64,000 nucleotides of DNA from the human T2T-CHM13v2.0 reference genome, Homo sapiens: NCBI RefSeq assembly GCF_009914755.1, contig NC_060947.1; one strand, given 5' to 3'. The notes beneath the pieces were generated by a model. It saw only the letters and a list, made by a program, of their open reading frames with translations, did not search any database and had not been told where the DNA came from. Of this stretch, positions 33,950 through 64,000 are shown piece after piece. Both the position numbers and the translations under genes were made by a program. The stretch's first letter is position 1, and every line of letters starts with the position of its first letter.

Positions 33950-34720
33950 CGGCGTGGAGGCAGTAGAGAGGTTTATAAAAGTCAAGGAAGTGGGAAGAGG
34001 CTTGCGAGCAGCAGGAGAGGCGCAGAGTCAGAGGGGCAGGGGCGGCGGCGGAGGGAGCAGGAGGTTGGGGCTTGAGCCCGTCATTCCGGCGCACGAAAAC
34101 TTGAAGTCGCTCGGTAGCCGGGGAAGGGAAGGAAGAGAGGCAGGCTCTTTCCTAGAGGTGCCGTGATCGAGGGTCTGGCACTCCAAGCCAACTCCTGAGA
34201 ACGGGAAATGGGCGGGAGTCGGTGGGGTGGAGAGGGCAGCCGTGGTCGCGAGAGCGAAGGAGCGGTCTGAGAATCCGGCTTGAGTGTTAAAGGCTAAGCG
34301 TGTCTAGCTGGACCCGTGGCCCCGAAGAAGCGAGACAAGGCGACGCGGAGCTGTCCCTGACACCCCGAGGACCGAGGGACAGCGAAGGGCCGGGGCCGCC
34401 GGCCATTGCCAGGCGCCATTAGGTGACGCGGCCGTCACGCGATGACGCGCTGACCGGCAGTGGCCTCCACGTCGCAGGTTCCGCAAAGACCTGTGGGAGC
34501 GACCCGGGAGAAGGAGGGCCAAGATGGCGGAAGCGGAGGAGTCTCCAGGAGACCCGGGGACAGCATCGCCCAGGCCCCTGGTGAGCTTGGGATCTGCGAC
34601 AAAAGGGACCGAGGGTGAGGCAGAGTGCCCCCTAAAGAAGTCGGGGGACGGGCTCGTGGCCTGAGAGCCGGAGCTCCTTCCGCCCGGCAGGCCCTTCTTT
34701 TACCCGATGCCAGAACCAGT
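33950..34720 (+). promoter_or_regulatory. YIPF6: CpG island / YIPF6 promoter and 5' UTR
   Basis: The only long CpG-dense, GC-rich non-repeat stretch in the window. Contains GC boxes, TGACG half-sites (34424, 34443, and cgtca at 34433) and a YY1-like CAAGATGGCGG at 34520-34530. Confidence 0.85.
34524..34580 (+). CDS. YIPF6: YIPF6 coding exon 1 (MAEAEESPGDPGTASPRPL)
   Basis: ATG in a strong Kozak context (gccaagATGG) within a CpG island; 57 nt followed by a GTGAG donor at 34581. The peptide matches the recalled YIPF6 N-terminus and splices in frame to 47308. Confidence 0.95.
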
Positions 34721-35089
34721 CCCAACACTGCACCTGTTCTTTGCGCTAACCGCTTTGCCCCCTGCCCTCGTGGTTCCTTCCAGGTCTTTTTGTGAAACTC
34801 CGATCTTTCCTTTCCCATCCTCCCAGGTCTCGTCATCGTCCCCTACATTGTGTTAAATGGCGAACTTTAGGTGATTTCTTAAGTTATCTTTTCTTCTGCT
34901 GTCCCCTCATTTTATCAAAACCTGTCACCAGCCTTTGTTGAAGGAATAATGAGAGATTGCTTCCCGTGGGACATTAACGTTTTGTTGCTTATAACTTTAG
35001 TATTGACTTGTTCAGTGACCCCAGTAGGCCAGGTTTAACCCCTGTCGCAGCTCCTTGCCATTCTCTTCACCATACTTGTTCTCCTTTCT

Positions 35090-38510
<3,421 letters not shown>

Positions 38511-39049
38511 TATAGTCTGGGATCTTTGGAAGATCTCAGGCTATGAGGAAGCTGGCCCCAGGTGAAGGGGCTGGCTGGAGACCATGCCACTGGCTACCCC
38601 GTCATCCACTCCTGGGAGCCAGGCCTCTTTGAGCTGATTCCTGCTTCATGCTTCCCCGTGTTGATTCCTTTTTCCAGGATTTTGGTCAATAGTATAACCC
38701 ATTTGCTCCCAGCTATTTTTTTTAGGGTTGCAGTCCCTGCTTTTATTGTGTGTTTTTTGGCCCTGCCTCTACCTGTTCCCCTTACTGGCCCAAGCCAGGC
38801 AGAGCAATGTTCATGTGTGTTTCTGTGAGCACATCTATATATGTGCAAGAGCCTGCCTGCTGATGGGAAAGGGGAGGGACATGGATCCAAGTCGCCTTTC
38901 CCGCTGAGGGCTAGACAGAGAGCAGGGTCCATTAGCTGAGGTCCTGGAAGTCCTGTCTTTTATACATGGAGCTGGAGGGCCATAGTTCCTGACTCAGCTC
39001 ATGGAACACTGTTGCTGATTCTTGAAGAGACAAAGGGGAGAGAGTAGGG

Positions 39050-40082
39050 GATCACATGGGACTTCAGTGACTACAGAGACTTCTGATACCAACTACCTGG
39101 AGTTAGGCCAAACTGCACAGGTTAAAAGCACAGTCCTCTACAAGACTGCTCTTCAGACACCAGCCACAATTTTGGGGGTTCCCAGGACCATCCTCACTTC
39201 AGAGCAAGTAGCAACAAATTCACGGGTTCCCACGTTCCGCTCAGGTTTATTTCTTTTTTGGCACAATCTCAGCTCACTGCAGCCTCTGCCTTAGCCTCCT
39301 GTGTATCTGGGACTACAGGTACATGCCACCATGCCCGGCTAACTTTTGTATTTTGGGTAGAGACGGGGTTTCACCCTGTTGGCCAGGCTGGTCTCGAACT
39401 CCTGACCTCAAGTTATCCGCCCATCTTGGCCTCCCAAATTGCTGGGATTACAGGCGTGAGCCACGGCACCTGGCCCTCCCCTCAGGTTTCATAATTCACT
39501 AGAATGACTCATAGGACTCAGAACAGCACTCTACTTAAAATTACAGTTTTATTATAGCAAAGGGATACAAATCCAAATGTGCAAAAGAGAGAGATACACA
39601 GGGCGAGGTCTGACAGGGTCCCAAACACAAAGATTCCTTGTCTTGTCCCTGTGGATTCAAGACATGTTACCCTCCTGGTTTGCTGGTATGTGACAATATG
39701 CAGAGTATTGCCAATCAGGGAAGTTCACTCATGTGTCTATAGTTTTTATTGGGGTTTCATTATGATTAATTGGACCATTGCTCACATAATGGAACTCAAT
39801 CTCCAGGGTCCCACCACTCCCGAAAGTTTGGGCTTATATGTTGTGACTTAAAGCCCCAAACCTCTAGTCATATGTGCGGTGTTTCTGACGTGGTTAGCCC
39901 CCATCCTGAGTCATCACCAGAGTACAAACTACGTAAGGGCCTACTGTGACTCACCTGTAAGCATAAACTACCAGAGCCCCTGTGAATATCAAAAATACTC
40001 CTCTGTCATTCAGGAAATTCTAAGTTTAGAGGCTAACTCTCAAGTACAGGGGACAAAGGCCAGCTAAATTCTTTATTATACA
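39050..40082. mobile_element. MER21-like ERV LTR interrupted by an Alu (39255-39475)
   Basis: caagactgc...cagacaccagcc...ataattcactagaatgactcatagg...ttacagttttattatagcaaagggatacaaat. Confidence 0.65.
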
Positions 40083-40466
40083 GTAGTGACAGAACTGGAA
40101 TTGACTCCATGGGAATCTTGAACTTGAGCTAACATTTATCCAGCCCCTATTGTGTTCCTGTATTAATACATTTCTTCCTCACAATAACCCTGTGATGATG
40201 GTACCATTATCTCAATTTTACAGAGGAGGAAACTGAAGCACAGAGAGGCTAAGTAACCTGCTCAGTGTCACATGGATAGTACAAGATGGAACTGGGATTT
40301 GAACTCAGGCTATTTGGCCTGCACTCTTAACCAGTATTCTCCAAATACCATGTTGAGCATTGAGTATGTGCTAGGTGCTGTGCAGTGTTATTTATCTTTA
40401 TAGCAGTATTGTTTCCATGTGAGATCCCTGTTTGACTTTAAAGCCTGTTTTTTTCCTACTGTACTA

Positions 40467-46756
<6,290 letters not shown>

Positions 46757-47307
46757 ACTATGAATTTAAAAGTTCACATTCTTTATTCACTTTGAAAATT
46801 TTATTTGCTCTGTGATTGCCAGGTAACCTGTAAAGACTGTAATCAAGGTATATTTTGCTATTTCCCTGTTTCCCGCACTTGCCTTTATGGTTCATGTAAT
46901 GCTCATTTTTAGCCAGCAGAGGCCACTAGAGCCTGTTAGGGAGCAGAAGTGCAACAGAAACGTGGCCATTCTAAGACAGTGATTGCTAAAAGGTCACTTT
47001 TTAATAACTTTACAATTATTATCTCAGTCTTGCTAGCTTGTGCCATGTGAAGATTTTATGCTAAATGTTGGTGGGCAAGAAGGTGTCTATGACATTTACT
47101 TTAGTTTTTTCATTATGTTTAATCTTTAAAGAAATAAATTTGAGGATTATTGTTAACTGCATTGTGTAATGTCTGTTGAGCTAACACCTACTTTCCTATG
47201 TAAAACCCTACAAAATACATGGTCCCAACTCTCTAGGAAATGATGATATATATGAGGAATGCTACAGTTTATTACAGGCTTACTTTTTTTCCCCTGACTC
47301 TTCTCAG

Positions 47308-47436
47308 TTTGCAGGCCTTTCAGATATATCCATCTCACAAGACATCCCCGTAGAAGGAGAAATCACCATTCCTATGAGATCTCGCATCCGGGAGTTTGAC
47401 AGCTCCACATTAAATGAATCTGTTCGCAATACCATC
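47308..47436 (+). CDS. YIPF6: YIPF6 exon 2 (FAGLSDISISQDIPVEGEITIPMRSRIREFDSSTLNESVRNTI)
   Basis: Pyrimidine tract plus CAG acceptor, 129 nt, GTAAGT donor, phase 0/0. Contains the Yip1-family STLNES...TI motif. Confidence 0.95.
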
Positions 47437-47709
47437 GTAAGTTAGACTAGTTGAGAGAACTTCTGTTCAGTATCATGGGACTAAGTAACTAATAGTACTT
47501 TGCAATATTTTCATTTGGTTCACTGATTTTGAATATATTTTATATACTGAAGTTTAATATTTTATCCTAGAGATTAATTTGGTACAGCCTTTTTGGAGAG
47601 CAGTTTGGTTATAATGCATATTAATAATCTTAAAACAGCAAGGTGCGGTGGCTCGCGCCTGTAATCTCAGCCCTTTGGGAGGCCAAGGCAGGCGGATCAC
47701 CTGAGCTCA

Positions 47710-47961
<252 letters not shown>

Positions 47962-48785
47962 TTATCATACTTCTCCAAATGTAGTATAAGGAAAGTTTTA
48001 AAATGTAAAACAAAAATTTTCAACATTAAAGTATCAATATACAAAGATGTTTATTATAGCATTCTTTGTAATAGGGGAAAGCTAGAAATAAATGAACCAC
48101 AGATGAGGTATTGGTTAGGTAAATTATGTTATATCTTTGTGGTGGGATGCTAAGCAACTATTATAAATTATGTTTACAAAGTGTTTAATAACGGGTAAAA
48201 TTCTAGGTGAAAAAATTAAAACAGAATTAGCTCAGTGGTGCTTTGAGAGGTTGTATTTGTATTACTGAACCCTTCTTCCAGTTTCTTGATTTTTTTTTTT
48301 TTTTTGTATCTGGCATCTAGGATTCATTTACCAATTAAATTGGGAATGTTAAAAATTTATTTCATATATTGCAAAGAATGTAGTAGCTAGAGAGCAGGCT
48401 AATTGGTCCTTGGAACCTCATCTTCTATGAACTGAATGTCACATACTGTGTTTTGTAGAGCAGCTTTTTATAGTACAATTGTTTTAGTTTCTTTAAGCAG
48501 CCTATTGGGAGGGCTGTGTTTCTTTTTTATGGATTTTTTCAACATCAAAACAGAACAGATCAAAACAGATGTGGAAAGGTGTTAAAAGTTGGCTTAAGAA
48601 GTTAATAGAAAAAGCATACCCTACCTCTCTGGTTTGTTTGTGTAGTGAAGGAGTTGAACTGGAATTATCTGCAAAATTCAGTGAAGAGTTCACAGGAGAT
48701 TGAAATGAAAGAAATTTTAGCAAATTAAGTAAGGCTGCTGGCAACCTTGGTCATCACAATACAACAAGTTGTTTCTGTCTTTCAG

Positions 48786-48864
48786 ATGCGTGATCTAAAA
48801 GCTGTTGGGAAAAAATTCATGCATGTTTTGTACCCAAGGAAAAGTAATACTCTTTTGAGAGATT
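48786..48864 (+). CDS. YIPF6: YIPF6 exon 3 (MRDLKAVGKKFMHVLYPRKSNTLLRD)
   Basis: tttcAG acceptor, 79 nt, GTAAGT donor at 48865; embedded in ORF 48747..48974. Confidence 0.95.
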
Positions 48865-49690
48865 GTAAGTATATGAGGTTTTTAAGGGTTTGCTTAATCT
48901 ATCTCACTGTACCTTATCGTAAGTACTTTATAAGGCAAAGTCTCTGTGGTAATAAAACTGACATCATTTTGTAGGATAAAAAAATATGTAAACGAATATG
49001 TAAATCAAACTTCTGGCAGAAATTAAAAATTGATTTTATTTTATTTTTATTTTCATTTTTTTTTGAGACAGAGTCTCACTCTGACTTCCAGGCTGGAGTG
49101 CAATGGTATGATCTTGGCTCACTGCAACCTCCGCCTCCTGTGTTCAAGTAATTTTCATGCCTCAGCCTCCTGAGTAGCTGGGATTAAAGGCGCCCACCAC
49201 CATGCCCAGCTAATTTTTTTGTATTTTTAGTAGAGACGGATTTCACCAGGTTGGCCAGGCTGGTTTCCAACTCCCGATCTCAGGTGATCCACCCACCTCG
49301 GCCTCCCAAAGTGCTAGGATTACAGGCAGACATTAAAAATTTAGATTGGAATCTCAGAGATTGAAACATTTTGCTTATTATATTGTCCTCATCAGTAAAT
49401 GTACACTGGCCAGGCATGGTGGCTCATACATGTAATACCAGCACTTTGGGAGGCCGAGGCAGGAGAATTGTTTGAACTCAGGAGTTTGAGACCAGCCTGG
49501 GCAACATGGCGAGACCTCATTTCTACTAAAAATAAAAAAACTAGCCAGGCCTGGTAGCACAAGCCTGTAGTCCTAGCTACTTGGGAGGCTGAGGTGGGAG
49601 GATTGCTTGAGTCCAGGAGATCAAGGCTGTAGTGCCGTGACTGTGCCACTGCACCCTAGCCTGGGTGACAGAGTGAGACCTGTCTCAAAA

Positions 49691-49721
<31 letters not shown>

Positions 49722-49838
49722 TTTTAAAAAATGCTCTAGTGGTTACTACAAAATACATTTCTGGAGGCTGCTAATTTACAATATTTACATTTATTACATA
49801 ATATTCCTGGAAGCTGCTGACACATAAAGAGTTAATGA

Positions 49839-50099
<261 letters not shown>

Positions 50100-50490
50100 T
50101 GAAGTGATCCACCTGCCTTGGCCTCCCAGAGTGCTGGGATTACAGGCAAGAGCCACCACCCCGGCCTAAATGTTAAATTAATATGATAGTAAATACCCGT
50201 AAACATTTAACAAATTAATAGTACCTTTATTGACAGTTTGATTTTCAAGCCTATCATTTAGTCTGATGACTGCTTTCTTTATTAGAGTTCTGTCAAAACA
50301 GACAGCGTCTCATTCTGTTACCCAGGCTCAAATGCAATGGCGTAATCATAGCTCACTGCAGTCTCAAACTCCTGGGCTCAAGCAGTCCTTCTGCCAGTCT
50401 CCTGAGTAGCTGGGACTGTAGGCACACATGGCTAGTTTTTAAATATTTTGTAGAGATGGGGGTCTCCCTATGTTGCCCAGGCTTGTCTAA

Positions 50491-50855
<365 letters not shown>

Positions 50856-50897
50856 CTAAAGTGCTGGGATTACAGGCAAGAGCCACTGCCCAGCCAA

Positions 50898-51953
<1,056 letters not shown>

Positions 51954-52520
51954 ACACTTGAATTCAGTTTTTAAGTTGAGCAGTTAAAAAAAAATTAATG
52001 AAATTAGCAGCAGTTTTATTAGAAGTGGTAGGATTATGGTTTTTTATGTCTTTTCCAAACTTTCCACAATGGTGTCAAAATTACTTATACAATTAAAAAA
52101 TAAACAATATTAAGTATATAAATTTGCGTACCTCTCTTGGGTAAGGTTATATACATGTGAGGTTAAAGTTCGATGTGGAATATTTGCCTTTTTGGAATGA
52201 ATTGAGGAAGGTAATTGTGCTCTAAGCTATGTGCTACTGAACTGTTGGCATGCAAATCACTCAGCAGCTTTTTTTGTTTGTTTTTTTGAGACAGAGTCTT
52301 GCTCTGTCACCCAGGCTGGAGTGTAGTGAGTGGAGGTTGCGATCTTGGCTCACTGCAACCTCTGCCTCCTGGGTTTAAGGGATTCTCCTGCCTCAGCCTC
52401 CCTAGTAGGTGAGATTACAGGTATGTGCCACCACACCTGGCTAATTTTTTTGTATTTTTAGTTAGAGACGGGATTTCACCATGTTGGCCAGGCTCATCTC
52501 AAACTCCTGACCTTAAGTGA

Positions 52521-52918
<398 letters not shown>

Positions 52919-53086
52919 TGAGGACCATGTTTGCTAGACCTGATGTTGGCAGAGCCTGCAGAGCCTTTTGCAGTTTTCAGAAAGCTTTCATATGTTATTA
53001 AAGTTTAACCTTGTGAAATTACCAATACTGGGCTGTTTTTTCACCTAGAAGAATAGCAACTCTATATTAATTCAATATACTAATTA

Positions 53087-53275
<189 letters not shown>

Positions 53276-53318
53276 TTAGCTGGGTGTGGTGGCGTGTGCC
53301 TGTAGTCCCAATTATTCA

Positions 53319-53729
<411 letters not shown>

Positions 53730-54228
53730 TCAAAAAAAAAAAAAAAAATCAATAGCCCTAGGTTCTGGTCCCACCTCCACATATAAAGCTAGGCAAGTCA
53801 TTTCCTTCTCAGCTTCATTTTTTGTATTTGTGAACTGAGCATGATTATACTTGCCTTGTCTAATGCAGTCTCTGACTGGTAAAGTGCCTTGGCTATAGTC
53901 TTTTTTTCTTAGAATATGGGGTAGGGAACCTAGGTCTGCTGATTGTTTGTCCATTGGTCTTTAATTATAGCGTGCCAGCATGTGTCTTAGTAGATGGGGA
54001 GAAGGAAAGGGTGATTTGTGGGATATGAAATAAGCGAAACTGGAAGTCTATGTAAAGAAGTGCATTCAGGATTAGGGGACAGGGAGGGCAGGTGGTGGGA
54101 GAGGAGAGGTAGGAAGGCTTGGCCAGCCAAAGAGAGCCTTGATGTCTGAATTCTAGGAGGGAGAGAGGTAGATATTAGAATAAAGACAGAAAATATTACC
54201 TTCGCTTCTGTCTTTTCTTGTCTTGTAG

Positions 54229-54271
54229 GGGATTTGTGGGGCCCTTTGATCCTTTGTGTGACACTCGCATT
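54229..54271 (+). CDS. YIPF6: YIPF6 exon 4 (WDLWGPLILCVTLAL)
   Basis: ttgtAG acceptor, 43 nt, GTAAGT donor. Encodes the Yip1-domain DLWGP motif; phase is consistent with exons 3 and 5. Confidence 0.95.
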
Positions 54272-56830
54272 GTAAGTACTTGCATTTTCTTTCTTTGTCA
54301 TTTGAGCTAGACTAGACTTTTTTGTGGATTTCCAAAATTGTGGGGGATTTTGATTGAATATTTCATTTAGGACTTATATGACATGTTGTACATGTTATAC
54401 TCCTTAGGTATTTAAGCCTCTAAAGTCACTTTCCAAATCAATTAAAATATGATGAAATTAGGCTCACCTTCCTTAACCAATGACATTTTAGTCTGTTTTA
54501 GCCATGTCTATTCAACAAACATTTATTTACTTATTTACTCTCCTGTTCCTCCCTATTATTAAACTAAGTGAATTAAGGTTTAAGCACCCTTTGTTTGCAA
54601 ACATAATTCTCTGTAATCTTACTAAAAATATGAATGAGAATGAGAATAAATTAGGAGAGTTAAAAGCAAGATCATGTTTCAGAGTGTTGTACTTTTCCAT
54701 ACACATTGTAGGTAAAGGAAGAGGACGGGGAAGGAGAAGAAGGTTACACTAGAGAGATGAATATAACCATTGATAGAGCGGGAAAAAATACTGCCCTGGA
54801 ATTCAGTTCTGAGTTCGCATTCTGACTCTGCTGTCAGCTAGCTATGTGACTTTGGGCTACTAATAACCAATGTTTGTATAATTTTTCCCAGTTTGCAGAA
54901 AACTTTAAAATACTTTCTCTTATTTTAACCTCATTGCAATAATTAAAATTATTTTATTTTTCTTTTTTTTTTTGACAAACAAGCTCAGGTTCAAAAAGGT
55001 TGAGGATTTAACCAAGATCACATAATCAGTGGTAGACCTGAGATTCAACCTCAGGTTTCCTCACTACCTATTTTGTACCTCTAGGGTTCATTACACATCT
55101 CTTCCCACCTGGTCACTCTGGGTCGCCTCTTCCATATCTGTAAAGGGAGTGGTTGAGGGTCCTTTCCAGGCTTAACCCTTTATGGGTCTAAATTCACTAA
55201 GTTTCTTGCTGACCTCTCTAATTTTTTAAATTTAAATTGAGCATATATTAATTTAGGTAATAATGTAGAGTACTATTTCTTATGCTTTTAGTAACCATGT
55301 TAAGGGATGCAGCCTAATGCCTTGATGGAGGGGTTTATATTAGATGTCCCGAGCATATATATTTTTTTTACTTTTGAAAGTTTAACCTTATAGATTATGT
55401 AGTTTAACCCCACTTAGTTGCAGAGAAAACTGGAGTCCCAGGACATCAAGTGACATATCTAGTGACAGAATTAGGATCAGTATCTGGGTCTCTTGCCTTC
55501 CAGGCTAGTTAATATTCTTTCCATCATACCATGCTGAAGCAACAGGGATTCCAGACAACAAGTGATGAGTGCTGGCCATTCTTTGCATCTGGTTGTCACG
55601 ACTTGGAATGGAATATGCATATCATAGAATACAAAAGCCTGTGCATACTGCCAAGTAGCATAGCAGGGCAAGAAAGACTTACAGTGTGACTTCTCTATAC
55701 TGTTTAATAAGAAGAGGTTGTGAGCTTACAGTTATTATTTTTCTTGGTAATAACACCAAGTCCAAATATTCAAAACAGTTTATATCTGTAAAATTCTTAG
55801 ACAAAGAAAGGATATTTAAGTGGTTGTTCAACTACTCAATTCCAAAGCAAAACCCTTTAGTAATAATCTGTATGTTTTGATTTTTTAAAAATCAACAACT
55901 AAAAAGGTTTATAGACTGTTTCCATTTTTATTTATTATTTTTATTTTGTTTTGAGGCAGTCTCACTCAGTTACCCAGGCTGAGTTGGTGGTGTGATTACA
56001 GCTCACTGCAGCCTCAACCTCCCAGGCTCAAGCGATTCTCCCAACTCAGCCTTTCTAGTAGCTAGGACTATAGGCGTGTACCACCATGGCCAACTAATTT
56101 TTTATTTTTTGTAGAGACGGGGGTTTCGTCATGTTGCCCAGGCTGGTATCGAACTCCTGGCCTCAAGCGATCTGCCTGTCGTGGCCTCCCAAAGTGCTGA
56201 GATTACAGGCTAAGCCACCATACCTGGCCTATTTCCATTTTTAAATATCTCAACTGAAATCTTAACCCAAGAACTACAAATTCTGATGTGTCTAAAGGCT
56301 AGAATAGTAACCTAAATGCATGTAGTAGTGATATGGTGACTGTAAGCCCCTTGTACTTATGTCAGTTACACTTGATTGTTGCAGTGTTGGAATGCAGGCT
56401 CAATGTTAGAAAGTCTAACAGTTTTTTCAAGAAAATCTAGAAATTCATATTCTTATGTGAAATAAAATAGTGTCAACTTAAATTCAAAATCATCTTAAAT
56501 ATTATATAAGCCCAAGGCCTCATTATATATGAGCCACATTTGACCCTTCAGTTTATAACCTCTGCTTAAAAAAAAGGTCTTCAATAATTCATTTAAACAT
56601 TTCAACAAGGTCAAATGGAGCACCCCTTGTAGTCCTGAGGCATTTGGAATTTGCAGTAAGGGAGCCTTGCCAAATGCTTGTGTCATTTTCCTTTTAGCAC
56701 AACCTACATATTACAGATCTTCAGGTGAGGTATGGCACAGCAATCTGATTCAAAGTTTGAGAACCCATGCCTTAACTTTGTTGCCCTAAGTAAAAGATTA
56801 AGCAATTCTTACGCTGTTTCCTTTTCTCAG

Positions 56831-56956
56831 AATGCTGCAAAGAGACTCTGCAGATAGTGAAAAAGATGGAGGGCCCCAATTTGCAGAGGTGTTTGTCATT
56901 GTCTGGTTTGGTGCAGTTACCATCACCCTCAACTCAAAACTTCTTGGAGGGAACAT
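56831..56956 (+). CDS. YIPF6: YIPF6 exon 5 (MLQRDSADSEKDGGPQFAEVFVIVWFGAVTITLNSKLLGGNI)
   Basis: ctcAG acceptor, 126 nt, GTGAGT donor; transmembrane segment followed by LLGG. Confidence 0.95.
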
Positions 56957-57263
56957 GTGAGTATTATTAAAATGCATTCTTTTTTTCCTCTTGCCAGGTA
57001 GTATATCTTAGATTAAGGAATACAGGCTAGCTAGATTTTTTTTTTTTTTTGAGACAGGGTGTCACTCTGTCACCCAGGCTCGAGTGCATTGGTGTGATCA
57101 TGGCTTACTGCAGCCTCTATCTCCCAGGCTCAGCGTCCCAAGTAGCTGGGATCCTCCTGCCCCAGCATCCCGAGTAGCTGGGACTACAGGCATGTGCTAC
57201 TATGCCTGGCTAATTAAAAAAATTTTTTTTTTTGTAGAGATGGGGTCCCACTGTATTGCCTAG

Positions 57264-57365
<102 letters not shown>

Positions 57366-57749
57366 TAAAGAAAAATCAAACTAAATAAGGGCCAAAGAGA
57401 AGTGTTCTTAAAACCACTACCACTGTACAGAGATAACCTTGTTAAGTTAAATTATCTTAAATTATCAGAGGTCCTTTGATAAGCTTCAGATGCCCTTTCC
57501 AGGCCCTGAAATCATAGGCAGACTTTTTTGTGTAAGAAGAGTATGTACGTTTTGGGGGGCAAGTGGTCCCTAGCTTTTAACAAATTCTCAAGTATAATAG
57601 GTCTATAAACTAGAAAGGATTAAGAACCACTACCTTAGAGGTTCAGAGAAAGATATCTGTAGGAACTAGAGCAGATCATCTGGTGTTAGATGATTGACTT
57701 TTAAGGAATTTGAGAGGAGAGGAGGAAGAGTATGGGGAAAGAAAATTAA

Positions 57750-57938
<189 letters not shown>

Positions 57939-58218
57939 TAGTAGAGACGGGGTTTCACCATGTTGGCCAGGCTGGTCTTGAACTTCTGACCTCAGGTGAT
58001 CCACCCCCCCACCCTTGGCCTCCCAAAGTGTTGGTATTACAGGCGTGAGCCATCGCGCCCAGCCAAAAGCATGTACTTAATAATTAATGTTAGGATGTAG
58101 ATGTTATGTACCAAGAAGGAGGCAACATTCCGTTACATAGAGAAATCTATGTAATAAGCTGTGTCATAACACCCATCAGTTGTATTTATGATCTTTATTA
58201 ATGTATTTTGTTTTTAAG

Positions 58219-58376
58219 ATCTTTTTTTCAGAGCCTCTGTGTGCTGGGTTACTGTATACTTCCCTTGACAGTAGCAATGCTGATTTGCCGGCTGGTACTT
58301 TTGGCTGATCCAGGACCTGTAAACTTCATGGTTCGGCTTTTTGTGGTGATTGTGATGTTTGCCTGGTCTATAGTTG
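58219..58376 (+). CDS. YIPF6: YIPF6 exon 6 (SFFQSLCVLGYCILPL...VMFAWSIV); final coding exon lies beyond the window
   Basis: tttaAG acceptor, 158 nt, GTAAGT donor; Yip1 motif LGYCILP. No stop codon is reached within the window. Confidence 0.94.
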
Positions 58377-59640
58377 GTAAGTATGTACTTATTTCCACAA
58401 TAACAGAACAGACAAAAACATGATTTAATGATGAAGACCAGATGAGGAGCAGTATAAGTCCAAAGTTAGATGTGAGTGATATGATTCTTGATAGTATTAT
58501 CCATAGAACCCTCTTCCCTGAGTAGGCAATGATGGGGCTTATCTGAGTTGGATATCTGGACTTATAAGATGTGGAGAGTCACATCTTTTTTCTTTCTTTA
58601 AAAAAAAAAAAAGGTTGGGAAAGTGGATTACACTACATTTAGCCTAGTCCTGGTATATACAAGGCATTAGGTGACTTGTGGAATGACTGGGATCTTTTCC
58701 TGATAAACTAATTAAAATAAAAATAATAACATTTACAGATTGCTTATCAAAGGCCAGGCACTGTTTAAGTGCTTTATATATATTATCCCATTTAAGCCTC
58801 ACAGCAACTCTAATAGAGAAATACTGTTATTAGTCCCATCTTACAGATGAAGAACAGTTACAGAGAAGTTGAGCAGCTTGCCCTAGGTTGCATTACTTGT
58901 GAGTAAGAGAGTCAAATTGCAAACCAGGCAGTCATGAACCTTTAAGAACTATACTATACCACCTTCCAGTGTAGATTGTAAGTATCATTATATAGCACTT
59001 TTCTGCTTCAGTAGAACATTTTGCTAAAGACTAGGAAGGGCCTATAGCAATGATAATGAATGCTATGTGCTCATTGTTTTTATATTCCTAAAGTTCTCTT
59101 AAGATTCCAGCTTAAATTTAGAAGTGTTCACTAGCTTCTGCTTTAATGGATAGGCAGACTGCTTAATATTTTTAAGTGTAGTAACATCTCATTGCTCTGG
59201 AACATGGTTGAAAGCTAAGAAGTAATCCAACAAAGGTCTGAGAGAGCCAGAACTGATATTCCAAAGACTGTATATTAAGCTTGGGTGCTTTTCCCATGGG
59301 GAGAGCCCCTCATTCTCTCACTGAGAATCTCATAATTACCATAAATGTAATTATACTTACTTAGTTATCCAGTGTCCAGGCTCACAGGTGATCACGAAGT
59401 AGAATCATAGGAGAGAGAAACTTTAATTCAGCAAACATTAATCACAAACTATGCGTCAGGCATAATTTTAGGCATGGTCTTTGTCCTTGGAGTTCACAAT
59501 CTAACAGAGCAGCCCGACGTGAAAACATTTAAAGGCAATAGGTGTTCTAAGTGGGAAATGGAGATTTATACACAGTACAGTGGGACAGACATGATTATTC
59601 AGGAAAGATTTCCCAGAGATGTGATGATGATGATGATTAG

Positions 59641-64000
<4,360 letters not shown>

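Noticed and set aside
33876-34836. Antisense ORFs across the CpG island (e.g. 34435..34836) and TATAAAA at 33974
   Set aside because: GC-rich DNA is poor in stop codons and I recognise no homology. The TATA motif is ~550 bp from the ATG with no support for a transcript.
58208-58423. Stand-alone 71-aa membrane protein ORF; likewise 48747..48974
   Set aside because: These are YIPF6 exons 6 and 3 with read-through into introns; canonical splice sites bound the coding parts.

Overview
Human genomic DNA: it carries an AluYb8-type element, a human-specific subfamily. The window holds the CpG-island promoter and coding exons 1-6 of YIPF6 (+ strand, 34524-58376), the Yip1-family Golgi membrane protein gene that I recall lies on Xq. 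The last coding exon is beyond the window. The first ~33 kb is intergenic and almost entirely transposon-derived (dozens of Alus, old L1M fragments, L1PA, SVA, MaLR/ERVL LTRs, MIR/L2). It includes a near full-length processed NDEL1 pseudogene (10015-13963) inserted into an old L1. I see no evidence of a new gene system: nearly all ORF-track entries are Alu, L1 or low-complexity artefacts. The most unusual structure is inside the pseudogene. A MADE1 (Hsmar1 mariner MITE) hairpin has had its centre replaced by a ~95-bp copy of pseudogene sequence from ~2.2 kb upstream, and an L1 with an apparent 3' transduction then inserted into that copy. Other notable items are retrotransposition from the minor FMGQ-type NDEL1 splice form, two very young Alus, an AT-rich palindromic 40-42-bp minisatellite inside an Alu linker, and a 175-bp intronic tandem duplication. 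All family and subfamily calls are from recognition of consensus sequences, not from a database search. Repeat boundaries are approximate unless a target-site duplication (TSD) is given.
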